Notes under the pieces: generated by a model
What the model was told of the DNA's origin: nothing
Seen by the model: only the letters and a program-made list of their open reading frames with translations
Database searches by the model: none
In this document: one piece after another, positions 45,727 through 46,650 of the stretch
How positions within the stretch are numbered: position 1 is the stretch's first letter
How the letters are laid out: the number at the start of each line of letters is the position of its first letter
Translations under genes and position numbers: made by a program
Origin: Gammaproteobacteria bacterium
GTDB taxonomy: Bacteria; Pseudomonadota; Gammaproteobacteria; UBA4575
NCBI GenBank assembly: GCA_965658595.1
Contig: CBFHSW010000070.1
Span: forward strand, 1 to 46,650
Reading direction: 5' to 3'
DNA: 46,650 bases

Positions 45727-46650
45727 CTAATCTACATACTCAACTTTAATTAAACGAAAACCTTCGTCGTGCGTTTGCCAAGCTAAGTAGGCTTGTTCTG
45801 TAGTATGAATCAGCAATGGATGATCTGAAGCGCCCTGTGTTGACACCAAACTTTTTTCAGTGGACCAATGCTTTCCATCATCTCGTGAGACACGCGCTTT
45901 GATATGAGTCCGCTCACCATCAAAGCGTTTCCATACATTAATCAACAATCCATTGTGCATTAGAATCTGTGGGTGTGATGCTTGTGCAGAAGCATCCACC
46001 ACTGATACTCGCATCATTTCATTATTGTTTTGGTCATAACCGCCCACCATAACTCCAGAGTTAGTCGTACCCTGACTAAACCAACTGTAATAAAGACGGT
46101 TTTCATTGTCAGTTGTGATATCAGGTCCGTGATGTGGGCAAGCATCAGTCTGCCAATTATCCACAGAGGCACGAGCAAATTGCATGATCTGTTGTTGGTC
46201 ATCAATACTCATTAAGGCATGATCGCGAATATTGTCATCATATATATGTCGCCAAATTAAATGCAAATTATCTTGTGCATCTGTCACTGAACCAATGCGA
46301 CAACACTCACAGGTATGGTCCGCTAATTTAACCTCCTGCTGAAAGCTTTCTCCATGATCATCGGACCATGCATAATAAAGTGAAATACCCTTATATTTTT
46401 CACTCGTCTGTTTGGCTTTAAATTTATCACGCTTATCTAGCCATGCAATCGATACAATCCCCTGACTATTAATGTTCAGACTGTCAAACCGATGCCCCAT
46501 CACACCTAAGTTTTGATGCACGGTAACTGGTGGTGAAAAGCTCATGCCCTCATCTATGGAGCGTGAAAAGCGTATCTCACCTGTGTAGAAACCGTCTGTT
46601 TTCTTTGTCCATGAAACAAAAATTCTATTTTCACTATCGACCACAATTTT
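45727..46650 (-). CDS. BNR/sialidase-fold beta-propeller protein with Cys/His cluster (N-terminus off the right edge)
   Basis: Repeated Asp-box-like motifs SRSIDEGMSF, WSDDHGESF and SRDDGKHWS, plus HTCECCR and DACPHHGP. The frame stays open to the window end, and the 'M' at 46644 is an internal GTG (Val). Confidence 0.7.
   Translation of the reverse strand, partial: KIVVDSENRIFVSWTKKTDGFYTGEIRFSRSIDEGMSFSPPVTVHQNLGVMGHRFDSLNINSQGIVSIAWLDKRDKFKAKQTSEKYKGISLYYAWSDDHGESFQQEVKLADHTCECCRIGSVTDAQDNLHLIWRHIYDDNIRDHALMSIDDQQQIMQFARASVDNWQTDACPHHGPDITTDNENRLYYSWFSQGTTNSGVMVGGYDQNNNEMMRVSVVDASAQASHPQILMHNGLLINVWKRFDGERTHIKARVSRDDGKHWSTEKSLVSTQGASDHPLLIHTTEQAYLAWQTHDEGFRLIKVEYVD

Noticed and set aside
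42886-46650. Search for a direct repeat of the tRNA 3' end (attR) to delimit the island
   Set aside because: I could not spot any copy of ..GGTTCGAGTCCTACCGGGCCCACCA.. or its last ~12 nt by eye. This needs a computational search, so no boundary is claimed.

Overview
AT-rich gammaproteobacterial chromosomal segment, densely packed and almost entirely housekeeping. Left to right: trxA (partial), an NDUFA9-like SDR, cca, uppP, a pterin/folate group (SDR, folK, folB), rpmB-rpmG, a divergent desaturase/chorismatase pair, mutM, ggt-yfhL-coaD-rsmD, two M16 peptidases, ftsY-ftsE-ftsX-rpoH, a complete aa3 cytochrome c oxidase structural and assembly cluster (18.6-26.8 kb), bioH-bioC, plsY, tsaD, rpsU-yqeY, hemE, PBP1A, aroK-aroB-dgt plus an ExeA-like ATPase, dnaG-rpoD and a tRNA-Ile2(CAU). 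Only the last ~3.8 kb, downstream of the tRNA, looks accessory: a decayed tyrosine integrase, two tiny ORFs, a PepSY protein, a CPPC thioredoxin and a Cys-bearing BNR propeller. I saw no CRISPR array, rRNA, intact mobile element, recognisable defence system or toxin-antitoxin pair, and I cannot point to a convincing multi-gene novel system. The clearest unusual signal is a deletion scar between ponA and aroK. There the 5' end of pilM is fused, out of frame, to the 3' end of pilQ, recording loss of pilMNOPQ. Several other signs point to reductive evolution: an HD-less Cca, an ExeA-like ATPase that ends right after its TM helix, and the integrase pseudogene. Other points of interest are an FkbO/XanB2-type chorismatase inserted with a desaturase between rpmBG and mutM, a macromolecular-synthesis operon split by ~8 kb, and the BNR/thioredoxin pair at the right edge. 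All calls come from reading translations and motifs by eye; no database search was run.
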